This document shows, one piece after another, positions 29,850-44,742 of a stretch of 64,000 nucleotides of DNA (position 1 is the stretch's first letter; the number at the start of each line of letters is the position of its first letter). Source of the DNA: the human T2T-CHM13v2.0 reference genome, Homo sapiens; the NCBI RefSeq assembly GCF_009914755.1, contig NC_060939.1; one strand, written 5' to 3'. The position numbers and the translations under genes were made by a program. Under the pieces are notes generated by a model that searched no databases, was not told the DNA's origin, and was given only the letters and a program-made list of their open reading frames with translations.

Positions 29850-30090
29850 AGCAACACCAACTGTTATCGCATGCCAGCCATGCACTCTTCTAAGCCCTTT
29901 AAACACACTAGCTCCTTTGAGGAGCTACTTAAAGGAATAGGATTACATCATTCAAACCACCCTATAAAGTAAGGATTGTTAATATCCTCATTTTACAGAT
30001 GAGGAAACTGAATCACAGAGTGATTAAATTTGTAGTCCAAGATCACACAACTAGTAGCTATGTAGCTTGGATTGGAACCTGTCCTCCTCA
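29850..30090 (-). mobile_element. MIR SINE remnant
   Basis: MIR core cattttacagatgaggaaactga. Confidence 0.75.
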
Positions 30091-31199
30091 TTACTACACT
30101 ATAATGTCATTACCCTCAAGAAATCTCTATTTCAATGAGGGAGAAACAGAGTAATAGCCAATTAGAATTCAGTAGCATTAGTGGTAGGGAGAGGTAAGAG
30201 AGAATTCTGGGAGAGATCTGATCAGCCCAGGAAGAGATGTAGGAGAAAGACAGACCGCAGGCAATTCTGAAACAGAAGAAACTTATCAGCATCTCTGAGA
30301 ATAGGAAGAGATAGCTGGGCAAAGAATTGATGAATGAGGGCTTCAGTAGTGGAGAGCCCTTGTGCAAACGCTCAAAGCCCAAGACTATGTGGGAGATACA
30401 GGGAGATGTAAGGGATTGAGTTAGTGTGTCCGTGCCATGGAGGTGCGGTTGGCAGTGCCTAGAGATGAGGCATGTCATGCAGGCCTTGAGGAGATGGAAA
30501 AAGTCAGTGGAAGAAAGTTCAGTGAGGCACGTATTGACAGCAAGGAGGATAAGAGGACACAGAGTGGGGTCAAGACCCAGGAAGGAAGATCATGTTGTTT
30601 GGTAAAACTGTTTCCATTCTGGAACATCTCTAAAAGACAAAAGTGACTGTTGTGCCGTTGATAATGTAAAAGGAAATGTGTCTGAGGAGAGAAGAGGGCA
30701 GAGTGATTTAAACAGGCTCCCAACCCTGCAGTGCTTTGAGGGGCAGCTGTGCCCAGCACAGCTGTGGTGGCCATGTCTGAGATGTGTCTTCAGCCCATGA
30801 ACAGAGTACTGTTCTGCCCAGCTGCAGCACAGGAAGGCTGCTAAGGCTCAACTCCTATTGATTCTTGGCCATTCATTATTACAATGACCTTAAAGTCCCT
30901 GCTGGGCATTCAAGTGGGATGTCGTGTGTAATTCTGTTGGAATTCCATTGTAACTCAGTGCTTAAGAACCAGGAAAACTTTTATTCAACTCTTGGCAACT
31001 GGCAAAAATACAGAAATACATAAAACTCTCAAAGTAAGGCTTCCCTGATACTGATGGGTTGGGGGGGACCCCAGTGGTGTTGCATTTATGTGGAATGAAC
31101 TGTATTCCTTTTTTCCTACTCTTACCTTCTCTAGTTACCTTCCCTAATATTACACAAATTTTAAATGTATGTATATATGAAGCCAAAATATTTTACTCA

Positions 31200-31520
<321 letters not shown>

Positions 31521-31793
31521 CATGCAGCATTTATGCTAGACAGCAGGCAGAGTGGTGCAGGAGAGTGAAGCATATCATGTGTTCTATCATTATGGAGTGA
31601 GGGCTCTAACTCTTGTGTCCTTGAGTGGCTAGGGAAATCTCCACAGAGGAGATACTGAGATTAAGGGAGACCTAGAATAGGCAAGTTATGCCTACAGATG
31701 TTCCAGGGTAAAGCTTAGAAGCCACCTTCATAAGAAGTAGAACTGCCCTGGCTAGAAATGATGTGAAAAAATACTAAGCAGAAGATGGGCAAG

Positions 31794-31894
31794 CAGGTTA
31801 AGTGGTTGGAATCCTGAGGTTAAGTGGGGCTGGAATCCAGGTTTGATTCCAGTTAAGTGGTTGGAATCCAGGTTAAATAGGGCTGGAATCCTGA
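31794..31894. repeat. Short imperfect minisatellite, unit of about 20-22 bp AGGTTAAGTGG(GG)YTGGAATCC
   Basis: About 4.5 copies visible directly. Confidence 0.85.
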
Positions 31895-32714
31895 TGGGGA
31901 CATGGGGAATGAGAGACAGATGCATTTTGTGTTTAAATCAAGAGTGACATGTCAAAAGGGACAAAGGAAGACAAAGGAGGGGGCCAGGTGTGAGGAAAGC
32001 AAACACAGGCTAGTGTAGAACCATGCATATGTGAAGGAAAGCCTTTAGTAGAAGACAGGACAAAATAAGAACCTACAGCAGAATATGACCAGTAGTTTTC
32101 ATTTCCCTGGGAAGAAGAGTCAGAGGACCTCATTTGTCCAAGCCTTGGAAACAAGGAAATAATCCCATTGACACAAGGTCAGTGCAGTGGGGCAGCCAGT
32201 TGGGGGAGGACCCAGAGAATATACCTGCACCCACCTTCTGGGATGTGTCACAATCATTTTTGTTAAGTGGGCTGAAATTTAGAAAACGATGTTCTTCCAT
32301 ATTAGTGAGCTCATGTGGTTGAATGAATGAAGAGGATTCCTTGAGTTTTTTCATTAATGGCGAAGTTAGTCATTTGTCTCATAAGTGCCTAAGTCAGGGA
32401 TTACCTTCTGAGGATTTAGGGAGCTCCCAAGTGAGGAAAACTGGAGAAATCTATGAAAATGTTGTTTTACAAAGTGTCTTGTTTTGAGATGGGAAAGCTT
32501 TGATTTACCAAGCTCCTTCAACTTCGGATTTTCTATAGAAGATGTTCTATGATAAATGGGGAAAGAGTCTAGTAAGGTTTTAAGTGTTAGGGGTATTGCT
32601 ACTTAGTGTCTTTGAATTAAATCCTCAGCATTTTAAACAGGAATGTTCAGCTAGATTACATGAGTAACATGTGCTTATTTACATTTTTTAAAGCGCCTAC
32701 TACAGAAGCAATGA

Positions 32715-32930
32715 AGACGGGATCGTAACCAATTTTCTGAGTTCAAATCCCAGTTTTGTCACTGGAAGTGAATGATCTTAGGCAACTTATTTAACTTTTA
32801 GGACTCAGGGTCCTCATCTGTAGGATGGGAATAACAATAATGATTTCTGCTTCATAAAATTTAAATGAATTAGTACATATAAAGAGTTTAGACCAATGGA
32901 TGACAGGTATTAATCACCTAAAAATATTAA
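32715..32930 (+). mobile_element. MIR SINE remnant
   Basis: gagttcaaatcccag...ttaggcaacttatttaact...cctcatctgtaggatggggataacaataa-like core. Confidence 0.7.
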
Positions 32931-34254
32931 CTATTATGAGTATTATTTTATGGCCACTGACTTGACTTTCTTCTTGTGTGTCTTAAATAAACCCAGGGAA
33001 TGTCCCCTGCCTTCCTTCTAAACCATTTTAACACTAAAATTGTGGGTCGCTGAGGGGAAAATGCATTAGTCAACTGACCTGGCTCTTAGAAGGCAAATCT
33101 GACAGGCTATGTGGGAGAGTGAGTGTGTCGCCCAACTCCATTTCTAGAAAGCCCATGACACACCATACACTTGTGCACACACAACTGTTGGGATCTTTAT
33201 TAGGACTGCATTAATTGGGAAAGAATTGATATCCAGATACATGCTTAAGTTTTCTAATATATGAGCTTGTTATATTCCAGTGTAATATCTCTTTAGATCG
33301 TCTTTAATTTATCTCATTATTATTTTAGAGTTTTCTGTATAGAAGTCTGACTTTTTTTGTGTGAAATATATTCCTGAGTACTTGATAGTGTGGTGCTAGT
33401 TTAAATGGCATCTTTTCTTCACGTTTCATTTTCTACCTGTTACTCACATATAGACATGAAATTAATTTTTCTGCTTTGATTTGTTTCTAATAACCAGGTA
33501 AACTTAGTTATCTTATTTTTATATGAAGATTATTATTCTGGATTTTTTTCCTTAGATAAATGTATAAGAATAATTTTTTCTTCATCTTTCCAGCCCTTAC
33601 ACATTTCATTTTCTTGACTTGCTGTACTGGCTATTAGCTGTCATACAGTGTGGTTTAGAATTGGTATTTTGAGGCATTCTTTTCTCATGGGATCTCAGAA
33701 AGAAAGCTTTCAACGTTTCACCCTCAAGAATGATGTTTGCTGTAGGTTATTGTAAATATGCTTTATCAGATAAAGGAAGTTCCCTTTTTATTCCTAGTTT
33801 GCTATGAGTTTTTATTTTGAACATGAGCTGAGCTTTCCCTAACATTTTCACCTGCATTCATTGAAATGATGTTATTTTTATGCTTTATTTTGGTTTATGT
33901 GGCGAATTATTTTGATTGGTTTTCAAATGGTAAACCAATCTTACATTCTTGGAATAAACCCAACATTATTGTTCTACAGTCCCTTTATATCTGGCTGGAT
34001 TTTATTTACTTGTTTTTGCTTAGGATTTTTGCAGTTATGATCATCAGTGAGATTGACTTATTTTGTGTTCTTGACATTTTCTTGTGGCTAGAAGTTTATT
34101 CTAAACTCATAATACAAGGTCAGGTAGGTTCTCTGTCTTTTTTCTGGAAAAGTTTATGGGAGTTTGATATCATTACTTCCTTTAAGATTTATAGAATTAG
34201 CTGCTGAAGCATCTAGGCCTGAAGTTTTCCTTTGGAGATGATTTTGCATGAAAT

Positions 34255-34313
34255 ATTATATGTTTATATATATAATATATATATATATATATTATATATA
34301 TATATATATATAT
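34255..34313. repeat. (TA)n microsatellite, interrupted
   Basis: Seen directly. Confidence 0.92.
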
Positions 34314-35288
34314 AAACGTCAGCCATTCTATTATTTCTCATCTCTGTTTCTGTAAATTGTAATTTTCAAAGAGTTTGTCCCTTTCATATAAATTTTCTAC
34401 TTGTTGATTTAATGTTGTTTATAACATCCTCTTATTTAATGTCAGTAAGATCTGTTGCATTACCTACTCTTCTATGCTTGATATTGTTATCTTCTTTCTT
34501 CTTGACAGGGATTTATCAATTATATTAGTCTTTAGAAATAAGCACCATTTGCCTTCACTAATCTTCTCTATTTCCTGCTTGTTTGTTCATTAGTTACTAC
34601 TCGTATATTTTTCTAACTCTTTAAGATGGATAATTAGATCACTTATTTTCAGTCTTTCTTCTTTCTTAACATAAACATTTAAGGCTCTACAATTTCCTGT
34701 AAACACAACTCTAGCTCCATGCCAAACATTTTGGCATGTAATATTCTCATTATCATTCAAATTTAGTTAAAGCTATTTTCTGGTTTCTATTTTGATTTCT
34801 TCCTTGGCTAAGATATGTATTGCTAAATTTCCAAGTATATGGAGATTTTCTAGTTATCTTTTCGTTTCTGATTTCTAGATTAATTGCTTTATGGTTAGAA
34901 AATATTGATCCAGCAATGGACTACTTTTGTCAATTTTCCATGTGAGCTTGAAAAGTAGATCATTGGATACATTGTTCTCTATATTCATTAGATTAAATTT
35001 GCTCATTATATTCAAGCCTTTTATATTTGTACTGATTTGTTTTTGTTTGGCTTGTTCTATCAATTACTTAGATGTGTTTAAACTTCACTGTCGTTGTACA
35101 TTTGTCTAATCCTCCCTTGAATTTTATCTGTTTTTGCTTTCTATATTTTGAAGCTACATTATTTGGTTTGTAGATGTTAAAATTATTATATTTTCTTGGT
35201 TGATTGGAGCATTAGTATGAAGCAACCTATTTCTTGCTAACACAGTTTTTTCCTAAATACCTTGTTGACCAATATTGGTATGGCTATA

Positions 35289-35609
35289 CAGTAGTCCCCT
35301 ATTATCCATGGGGGATATGTTCTCAGATCCCCAGTGGATGTCTGAAATCATGGATAGTACTGACCTCTGTATATGCTATGCTTTTTCCTATACAGGCATG
35401 ACCTATGATAAAGTTTACTTTATAAATTAGGTACAGTAACAGATTAACAATAATAATGAAATAGAACAATTATGGTAAGATAATGTAATAAAAGTTATGT
35501 GAATGTGGTGTTCCCCTCTCTTTTAAGATATCTTATTGTATGTAACATTTCGGAACTCCGACTAACTGAAACCACAGAAAGCCAAACTGCAGATAAGGGG
35601 TGACTACAG
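35289..35609. mobile_element. MER44/Tigger7-type non-autonomous DNA transposon
   Basis: Termini cagtagtcccctattatc / gataaggggtgactacag; 5' TA. Confidence 0.8.
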
Positions 35610-37054
35610 TCTCACCTTTCTTTTCTCCTTTTCTGTACTTTTCTTTCAACCTGTCTTTTTGTTTCAAATGTTTCTCTTGTATCTCACCATCACTGTCATT
35701 TCACTGTAGCATGTAATCCCTGCAGAATTAATGATGCTTACGATTGCATTTAGATTTAAATCTGTAATTTATTAATAGTAGTGTTTACTTGCTTGTTCCG
35801 TGTCTTTTTATTTCTTCTGTATCTTTCCTCCACTTGCTAGGAATTGAAACACTCTTGCTATTCTTTTAGTTGTCATCTTAGAGTTAACAGCGTTATGTGC
35901 CACAGTCTAATATTGTCACTTTTAATGTCTTCCCAGTCAGTGCAGGAACCTTCTTAATCTATGTTCCACATCTCTTTGATATCTGCCATCTGTTTCTTCT
36001 TTGTGATGCCTTCTAAATACTTTCTTTGGAAAATCTTGGACTGTATTAGTTCTCTGCAGTTTAAAATCCTGTCCAATTCATTCATTGGGTTCTTAACTTC
36101 AATTATTATGGTTTGCATTTTTCAAAATTCTACTTCATCAATTTTTCTTGTTTTTCATTTTCTTTTGGATTATATCTTCAAGCATCTCTTACATGATTTT
36201 TAACATATTAAACATTATGATTTAATATATTGGATTAGATTTCAATATCTGAAATCTTTTCTTTCAGATTTTGCTGGCTCTTACTCATGGTGTCATGTGT
36301 CTTTTTGTGGTTTGCATTTTTAAGAATACACCTATATTCCTTGGATTTTCATGTGGAGAGTACTCAAACATCATAGTTGATGATGCATTTCCTTGGAGAG
36401 GATTACTGTTTAAGTCACCTTGGGATACTACCAGTCCCAGGACCTACCAATCTAGGTCCTTTCTTAAATTTTTTTGCTTGAGGCTTTTCAAGCAACACTG
36501 GTAGCATAAACTGAAATGATAGATTTCTCCACTTAGCACCGAGGGCATGATTTATGTCCACTCTATGGTACAATGTGTCCCTCCTTCCTTATTCTTATCC
36601 TGAATATGTAAGCTTTATGCAATGGTCTCATATTAAAATCTCCCCGTGGAGAGTTCCTAGGCTTCCCCTCGTGCCCCCAATCTCCCATCGTACCATGCAG
36701 ACAACAGAAAGCAGCTCAGAATCCCAATATTTGGCAGAAAATATTAGAGTGAAAATTGACATTGGAGCTTAGTTACCTCCAAGAGTTCTTGCAGTTTATT
36801 TTATTTTTACAGTGTATTATATTTTTATTTTCATGTCAGCCTAGTCATGGCTTTTTTTCTGTTGATATTAGTATTTTACTTTCTCTTCGGTGTGGAATGG
36901 TATTGCTAGAAAAGGAATGATAAAGTCTATTCCTTTTTAAAAAGTAATTTGATTTATTTTTGTAGCTAGTATTATTTTCAAAACTCTACCAGATATCAAT
37001 AACTTTCTTTCCATATTTGTGTGTTTTGTGCAATAACAATGAGAAAAATGAGGG

Positions 37055-37250
37055 TAGCTAACACTTATTAAATAGTGACTATATGCCATATATCTTTATA
37101 AATGATTTATATGTATAAATGTATGGAATCCCCTCACCAACTCTGTAAAGTAGATGCAGTTATTATTCCTGTTTTAGAGATGGGAAAATGAAAGCACAGA
37201 GTGGTGGGGTAAATTACGTAAGGCCATAGAGCTAACAAAAGTTGCACAGG
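37055..37250 (-). mobile_element. MIR SINE remnant
   Basis: tattattcctgttttagagatgggaaaatgaaagcacagag core. Confidence 0.65.
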
Positions 37251-38239
37251 AGCTATTTTTACATTATAGGCTACAAAGTTAATAAGTAATCTTCCAGGGT
37301 GAAAAAAGAGTGGGTTTTGTTGCCACCTAGCTATGGATTTATGTCCAGGATCTGCCATCCACTGTGTCTCCACTTTAAAAAAAATTTGAAAGGGGGCAAA
37401 TTTCTTTTTCCTTAGTTATTTGTTGTACCTGATATAGTTGTTACTTACTTTTATTATAATAATCAAATATGACCAATGGAATATAAAGTCTTTATTTTAT
37501 ATATGTACATTACTTCTACAGTTTAGTTTTTTACTGTATGTAGCTTTGAGCCCGCGGGTTGGGGTTGGGGGTTGTGTGAGTGTTTTTAGTGTATTCTCAC
37601 CTTTTTTTTAAAGCTGCGTAGCGTTGCAGAGTATAAATCTAATTAATTTTTTCTTTATTTCGAGATTTTTCAACATTTATTTTACTGAGTTTATTTAAAT
37701 ATTACTAACCAGCCTGGAGAAGACATTTATGTACTGCCCCTGTGCCCTTGGGCAAGGAAAGCTGCAAGTTAAATTTCTTGCCATGCTGAACTGGATCCCG
37801 TTGTGGAGTTCAGATGATAACATTTCAACGCATATTGTAAAATTGCCCTCCAAAAAGTTCTGTTACAGGTTCTGCTGTGGAATAGAGAAGTTGGGAATGG
37901 ACCTATACAAATGTAGAAATTCAAAATGTAGAAATTCAGAATAACAAAGATAGCATAATAAAGAAGGGAGAAAAATAGTGATTAATCAGTTGGTGGAGTC
38001 ACATCACTGGATGAGGGGAGGGCTTTGGTAAGCCTGGCCAAATCTAGACATTGACAAGGAAAAACTGATAAATTTGTTCATGCGAAAGTTTATAATTTTT
38101 ATGTTAATCATAAACAAAGCAACAAACTGAAAGAATATATAATATAACAAACATGACAAATGTCTGATTTTTCTACTATCCAAACTGATATTGGAAATCA
38201 CTGAGGAAAAAGTTAAGCAAAACAGCTCAGGAGAAAACT

Positions 38240-38450
38240 AGCAAATAGTAACTATTTTGAGTTTTTACAATGTGCCAGACACTGAGCTAACTATTCTGCA
38301 AGTTTTTAATTCTAGCAGAATCTGTGATATAGGTATTATTATTATTCCAGTTTTACAGACTGGAAATTATGGTTCAGATTTATTCAATCAATTTCTGGGA
38401 GTTACTTAACTTGAAGAGATAAAGGTTGAACTTGAACCCAAGTCAGTTTG
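38240..38450 (-). mobile_element. MIR SINE remnant
   Basis: atgtgccagacactgagctaa...taggtattattattattccagttttacaga. Confidence 0.65.
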
Positions 38451-38598
38451 CTTATAAATCAATTTTCTTAAATAAATCAATTTTCTTAAGCACGTTCCTA
38501 AATAATAGCCCCAGGCCAAAAAAAAAGGTTAGAAATCATAGAGAAACAAATTAAAATGACCAATAGGCATATTAAAAGGTATTCAAATTTGCTTATAA

Positions 38599-38969
<371 letters not shown>

Positions 38970-39620
38970 TAACCAGAGGATGAGATTACTGTAGTTCTCC
39001 TATACTGTTGATAGAATTGTGATTATTTATACAAGTTAGACAATCTCTGTCAGTCTTAATTTGCTCATCTATAAAATGGGGCAGAATTATTAAGAGCATT
39101 ACATTCTAAATATGTGAACAATGTTAGCACAATGCCTGGCACATATAAAATGCTTAATAACTTTGTGGTATTCCCTCTAAAATCCCGTCTCCCATAAAAA
39201 ACATTCTACCTTTCTGTATTCCTAGCACAAGGCAATGAGGCTCTACGGTTAAATCTGTATGTGAAGATGAAGACCATTAAGAAGAAATACTCTCGGCACC
39301 TCAGTAGGGCGTTCGATCTCTAGGAATGCACATGAATCTCTACAATATATCCAAGTCCATGTCCCATCTTCTAGATCTCCATTTCCATGCCAGTCAAAGC
39401 AGGCAATAGATACAACAAAAGGAGCCAGGAGCTCTGTGAAAATAATACATAGTGTAATCACCTACATTATCTATTAATGGCAGTGTGATGATTTATAGTC
39501 AAATGCTTCCCCATTTATTTCAAGACACTGTTAGATTTCTGGTGTAAACAAGTCTGGAAATTCTAAATATAAGTAATCAGTGAACACAAAACCACCAATG
39601 CCATGTAATACAGTCCTCCC

Positions 39621-39931
39621 CATGGGGCACAGTGGCTCACACCTATAATCCCAGCACTTTGGGAGGTCAAGGCAGGAGAATTGCTTGACCCCAGGAGTTC
39701 GAGACTAGCCTGGGGTGACATAGGGACGCCAGAGCTCTACAAAAATTTTCAAAATTAGAATTAGGCTGTGGTGTCTCTTGCCTGTAGTCCCAGCTACTAA
39801 GGAGGCTAAAGCAGGAGGATCGTTTGAGCCTGGGGGGTCGAGGCTGCAGTGAGCTATGACTGCATCACTGCTCTACAGCCTGGGTAACAGCAAGATCCTG
39901 TCTCAAAAAAGACAAAAAAGAAAAAAAAAAA
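39621..39931 (+). mobile_element. AluJ-type SINE
   Basis: Sense Alu with J-type text (gaggctgcagtgagctatgactg); imperfect TSD agtcctccc/agttctccc. Confidence 0.9.
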
Positions 39932-40367
39932 GTTCTCCCTTTTCTGGTAAAGGAAAGGTTACCATAATTACTAGTAACCGTGTGTTTATTGAGAGACAAT
40001 TGTTGAATTAGAAGTGACCTAACCCTTAGTTTTGAAGATCTCCATGCATAGCCATCGTGGCAACATTGCAGTTTTTAATCACTTCTGAGAGCCAAAAGTC
40101 TTCTCTGGAACTATGGGTTCCAGGGAGGTAAAGTCACCAATATTCTGACAAATTGAATGGCAATTGGTTTGTGACTGTCCTTTTAAGAATGTTTTTCCAG
40201 TACCCAATCATTTTGGCAGACTCTCATCTTGAGGTTTTTAACAAAATTTTTCCAATAGACTGTAAAAAAAATTTCTATAATTATGAACATGAAATAAACA
40301 TGACAAGTTGACTCTGTGGCAGTTGTTGAACATCAGAGGAAATTATATTTATGTGGTTTGTCTACAG

Positions 40368-40477
40368 CACATTTAACTGGACGGTCCCCTTCCTTTCATC
40401 TCTGGCCTGTTTGATTCTGGCAGCAGCCACCATCATTTTGTATTTCATTCCACTGCGGTACATCATTTTAATCTGGG
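40368..40477 (+). CDS. MCTP2: MCTP2 coding exon (110 nt, phase 2-1), (N)[36 protein letters not shown](G); second long hydrophobic hairpin
   Basis: Acceptor ggtttgtctacag|C, donor GGG|gtaagt; the split codon AA+C completes Asn from the previous exon. Confidence 0.96.
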
Positions 40478-42013
40478 GTAAGTTTGGAATGGTCCTTTTG
40501 CTAGCAATCAATTCCAGGTAAGAACCAATTACTCATTTTTAAAGTGCGACTATTAATTTTAAATGTGCTCTTGTTGGCAATTAAACATGAGATTAAGGAA
40601 AGCATTTGGGGAACAAAAACTTCCAGGACCTCCCTGAAAGGCCAGTTGCATGAGTGATCAGCATAGATATTTATAGGCCTCTTGCATAATTGCAATCAAA
40701 TAAAAATGTGATTGTACATGCCATTTCCCTTTGGGCTTTGCTAGTCATAAATCCTCTTGGATAATATATTGCTGTGCCCGGGTAACTTTAAGGAAACACT
40801 GTTCAAACAGTGAGCAAACACCTACCTGCATCATGCCCTTGATATTATGTAAAAGTGGATCTGGCCACTACCAGGTTGCTTCTGACACTTCATCCCTCTT
40901 GGAGAAAAAAATTCACCTAACCCCATTCTTAAATCCAGAAGCAGGGAGAGGGAGGGGAGGGGGCGTTCTGTGAATACCTAACCAGTGCCTGAACAGAGAG
41001 GAAGTTATTATTTACCAGGGGAAATGGTGTGCCTACATAAAGTTTAGCTGCTTTAAAAAGAAAGTAGAAACAAAACTGGCAAACTGGAAATAAATGTCAT
41101 GACTTGATTTAATACTCAAACTAGCGGTTGGACAAAATGCAAGCAGCTTGGTGAGTATTAGTGTCTGTTCCTGGGTGGGCTCTGAGTTGATATAAGGAGA
41201 GGGAACTGCAATAACTGAAATGTTGGAGAAGCAGTTAGCCGTTCTCCGTAAAGGGTCTGCCAATCCTGGTTTTCCATGACTTAGCTATGACTGCCGATGA
41301 ATTCTCAATGCTCGTCACTTCCAGGGATCTTCAGATGTTAAGATGTTTGGGGAAATCACAAAGAGAAGAGACTGTGTTGAGACGCATTCATCCTTAAGCA
41401 AAAGCTGAGAGCCTGCAAATGCTGGATGAAAGCTACAACCTTTCTAAAAACCATTAAATACAGACTTTTTCAAAGAGCATCCAACAAAGTAGAATCCTGC
41501 TGTCAAGAAAAGCCAAACTTGGGCAATAGGAAAAAGTCACGGGAAAAATAGAGTAGCTCATACAATTACAGAAGTAGAATGATTTAGGGATTTTGAGAGA
41601 GTATAATCCAATTATTCTCTAAACTATTCAGGGATCTATTTTAATACTTGATGATCCTGATTCTTGGAGGAAAGTCTCATCTGTGCTTAGTTCTTGTTGG
41701 TATTTTTTGTTTACTTGGCAACAATAATAGCAAATTGGTCCTTAAGAGAGAACATAGAGCTCTTCAGGGCCACTGATTAAGAAGGCATATTTTGAAAAAA
41801 AAAAAAAAAAAGTATTTTCCTGAATAATTTATATACTGAATGTTATTTGCATCAACTGGTTATCTTATTTTTCAATTATGTTTTCGTGCGTACTACTATC
41901 TTGTTTACTGATAACATTTAGAACATAGATCTTGAGATTGTTGTCTGACTCTAACCAGAATGTGATTAAAAATTGCAATCATTTGGCTAGTGGTTTGTTC
42001 ACTTTTAAGTTCA

Positions 42014-42468
<455 letters not shown>

Positions 42469-44612
42469 TCATCAATTTTGAGATTCCAATCCCTCTTTCT
42501 CTATATCCAAATCACCTTGGCTTCTGATCTTATCCTCCAAGATCTTGGCAGCTTTCCAACAACTTTTTGCATCTACTTAATGAAATATTGTTCTATTTTC
42601 CACTTTATGGATAAAGTTATTAAATGGTATGGAGTTTATTATGCTCTCTTGGGCTGTCAGTAACCCTCTGAGCTTTGTACTTTACGTCTGGTTCTTCAGT
42701 TTTACATTTTAAACAGAAGCTCATAGTTTATTGAAGAGCTTACCATAGTGAATGTAGTTACAAGCCTTGACAATCACCACGTGATCTATTGCCTCTTCTC
42801 ATTATGTAAAAACTGCCATGCCATCCTAGAATATATTCTGTAATTCTGTTAGGACTTATCCTAAGACAAATTAGTTACTAGCTAGCATAGGGCAGGACAT
42901 TATTTTGCAAATTTCTTGTATGATTGCATCCTTTGCAGCAATTTTTTTCTCACAAAGGAGATAAATGTATATGTCTTAAAGTTTTAGTGGTTTTTCTAAC
43001 TTTAAGGATCAGAAGACTTTCTTATTCTAAGTTACTTATTCATTTTTTATTGAGTGCTAAAATGGTGAATAATATCCTAAAATGTTTTGTTCTATGTTTT
43101 TAATTTTTTGAAAAAAAATGTAACTATATATACTAGATTTCCATATTTTATATCCTCAAGTCATATTTTTATATAAGTATCAGAATCATTTCACATAAGC
43201 ACATAAAACAGCCTAATTTTATACTAGCTATTGGGAATATTTTTGGACACACCAAAATTATTTTGACAGGTGAGATGCTTTATTTCCTCTTTAGCCCTAT
43301 AATTCTTAGTGCAGCCACATTTATGTAAGAGATCTTTAATGAGTTCTTAAATATTTTTATGAATGAATGAGCCTGCAAGCTTAATACCTGTGCTCTATAT
43401 AGATGACATTTTGTTAGGCCTATGACCTCTCCTGTGTAGGAGTGTGATTTTTGAAAATTAAGTGAGAAGTAGATTTTAAGGATATCTGAAGTTTTCTTTA
43501 GGAAACATTATCTACTGCATTTTAGTCACTTACATGAAGTATGTATTTCCAGAAGGCAGAGCTTTTCTTAGGATTAGATCCCATGTGGGTTTCCTTTTGA
43601 GAGATTTCCCATATTCCTTCTATTGTAGAGGTTTTAATTATACTTTTTCACTTCTAGTTGAAACCACTTCTGTTTTTTCAGGGTAGATATTAATTCTCTA
43701 AGCTAAATTTTTAGCTTTTTGCAAGAAGGACCTATGCCTCGTTTAAGTTTGTATCTTCACTTGATAGCACAATATTTTTTTACATGGAAGACACTCAGAA
43801 TTTGATAAATGAACAGGCAAGGAACCCCTGCCTCACCCCAACCAGTGTATTACAGTTGGAGCTACCTGCTGGTCGCTCATATGAATATCTGAAAAATGGT
43901 GTTTTAATTGTGTTTCAAGTGGTTATTCTCAAGTGACCAAATGTGCAAAGCAGCCATGCAATTTTTCCATCTCTTCTGATTTTCTCCAAGTGATTTTTTT
44001 TTTTAAACTGTAGGGCTCATTCCACATTCCACCCCACTGATCAATTCAATCTATGATCCAGGACCAGTACATGATAGCATCTTTCCCAACAAAATGTTAT
44101 TCTTCAGTATTTTATCCCACTTGCTTTTTTTCTGTTCTTTCTTTTCTTTCGCTAAAAGTAATTTTACAACAGATATACCCTCCCTCTGTACTATTTAGGT
44201 TAAAAAAATCTAAGGTATGTTTAGCATGCTAATAGATGAAGCCACAATTTCTAAATGTGTCTGCATCATCATAGTTGGCTTTAATAGTATTAAAGGCTCT
44301 TTTCCATGCTCACTTCCTTTGTCTCCTTAGCTTGTTTGCATGTACAGTAATGATGGTAGCCCTCTGCATTGTTGTAGAATTTCAGACTACAGTATCATTT
44401 TGCCTGTACTGCCCAATGTGATTCTCCCATCTAGCCAAGAAACTCTATAAGGAGGTCTTTATTATTCAAATATTAATGTAAGAAATGTGAGGTACAGGAA
44501 GGTTACGTGATTTTTCTAAAATCACACAGCTAATACATGAAGCCAGAACGGGGGCCCAGGTATTCCTACGTCACAACCTTTTTTTTCTTGTCCCTTAAAG
44601 AATGACCAAGGT

Positions 44613-44742
44613 GGCTGGGTGTGGTGGCTCACGCCTGTAATCCCAGCACTTTGGGAGGCTGAGGTGGGTGGATCACCTGAGGTCAGGAGTTCAACACCAG
44701 CCTGACCAACATGGCGAAACCCCGTCTCTTAAAACAAAAAAA
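44613..44742 (+). mobile_element. Solitary Alu left monomer with AluS-type sequence
   Basis: Left arm only, A-tail, imperfect flanking repeat gaccaagg/aaccaagg. Confidence 0.88.

Larger units (their letters stand above)
33180..36800 (-). mobile_element. Long degraded L1M (L1ME-like) element, antisense, interrupted by (TA)n and MER44
   Basis: Antisense ORF2 text (gggatctttattaggactgcattaa; gaatgatgtttgctgtaggtt; aagttccctttttattcctagtttgct); boundaries approximate. Confidence 0.7.

Noticed and set aside
33866-34207. 113-aa hydrophobic ORF resembling a membrane protein
   Set aside because: Antisense reading of T-rich old L1 sequence; the hydrophobicity comes from base composition.
37318-37336. 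CTCF-like motif tgctgccacctagctatgg
   Set aside because: Only part of the core matches; the expected TGG after CTAG is missing.
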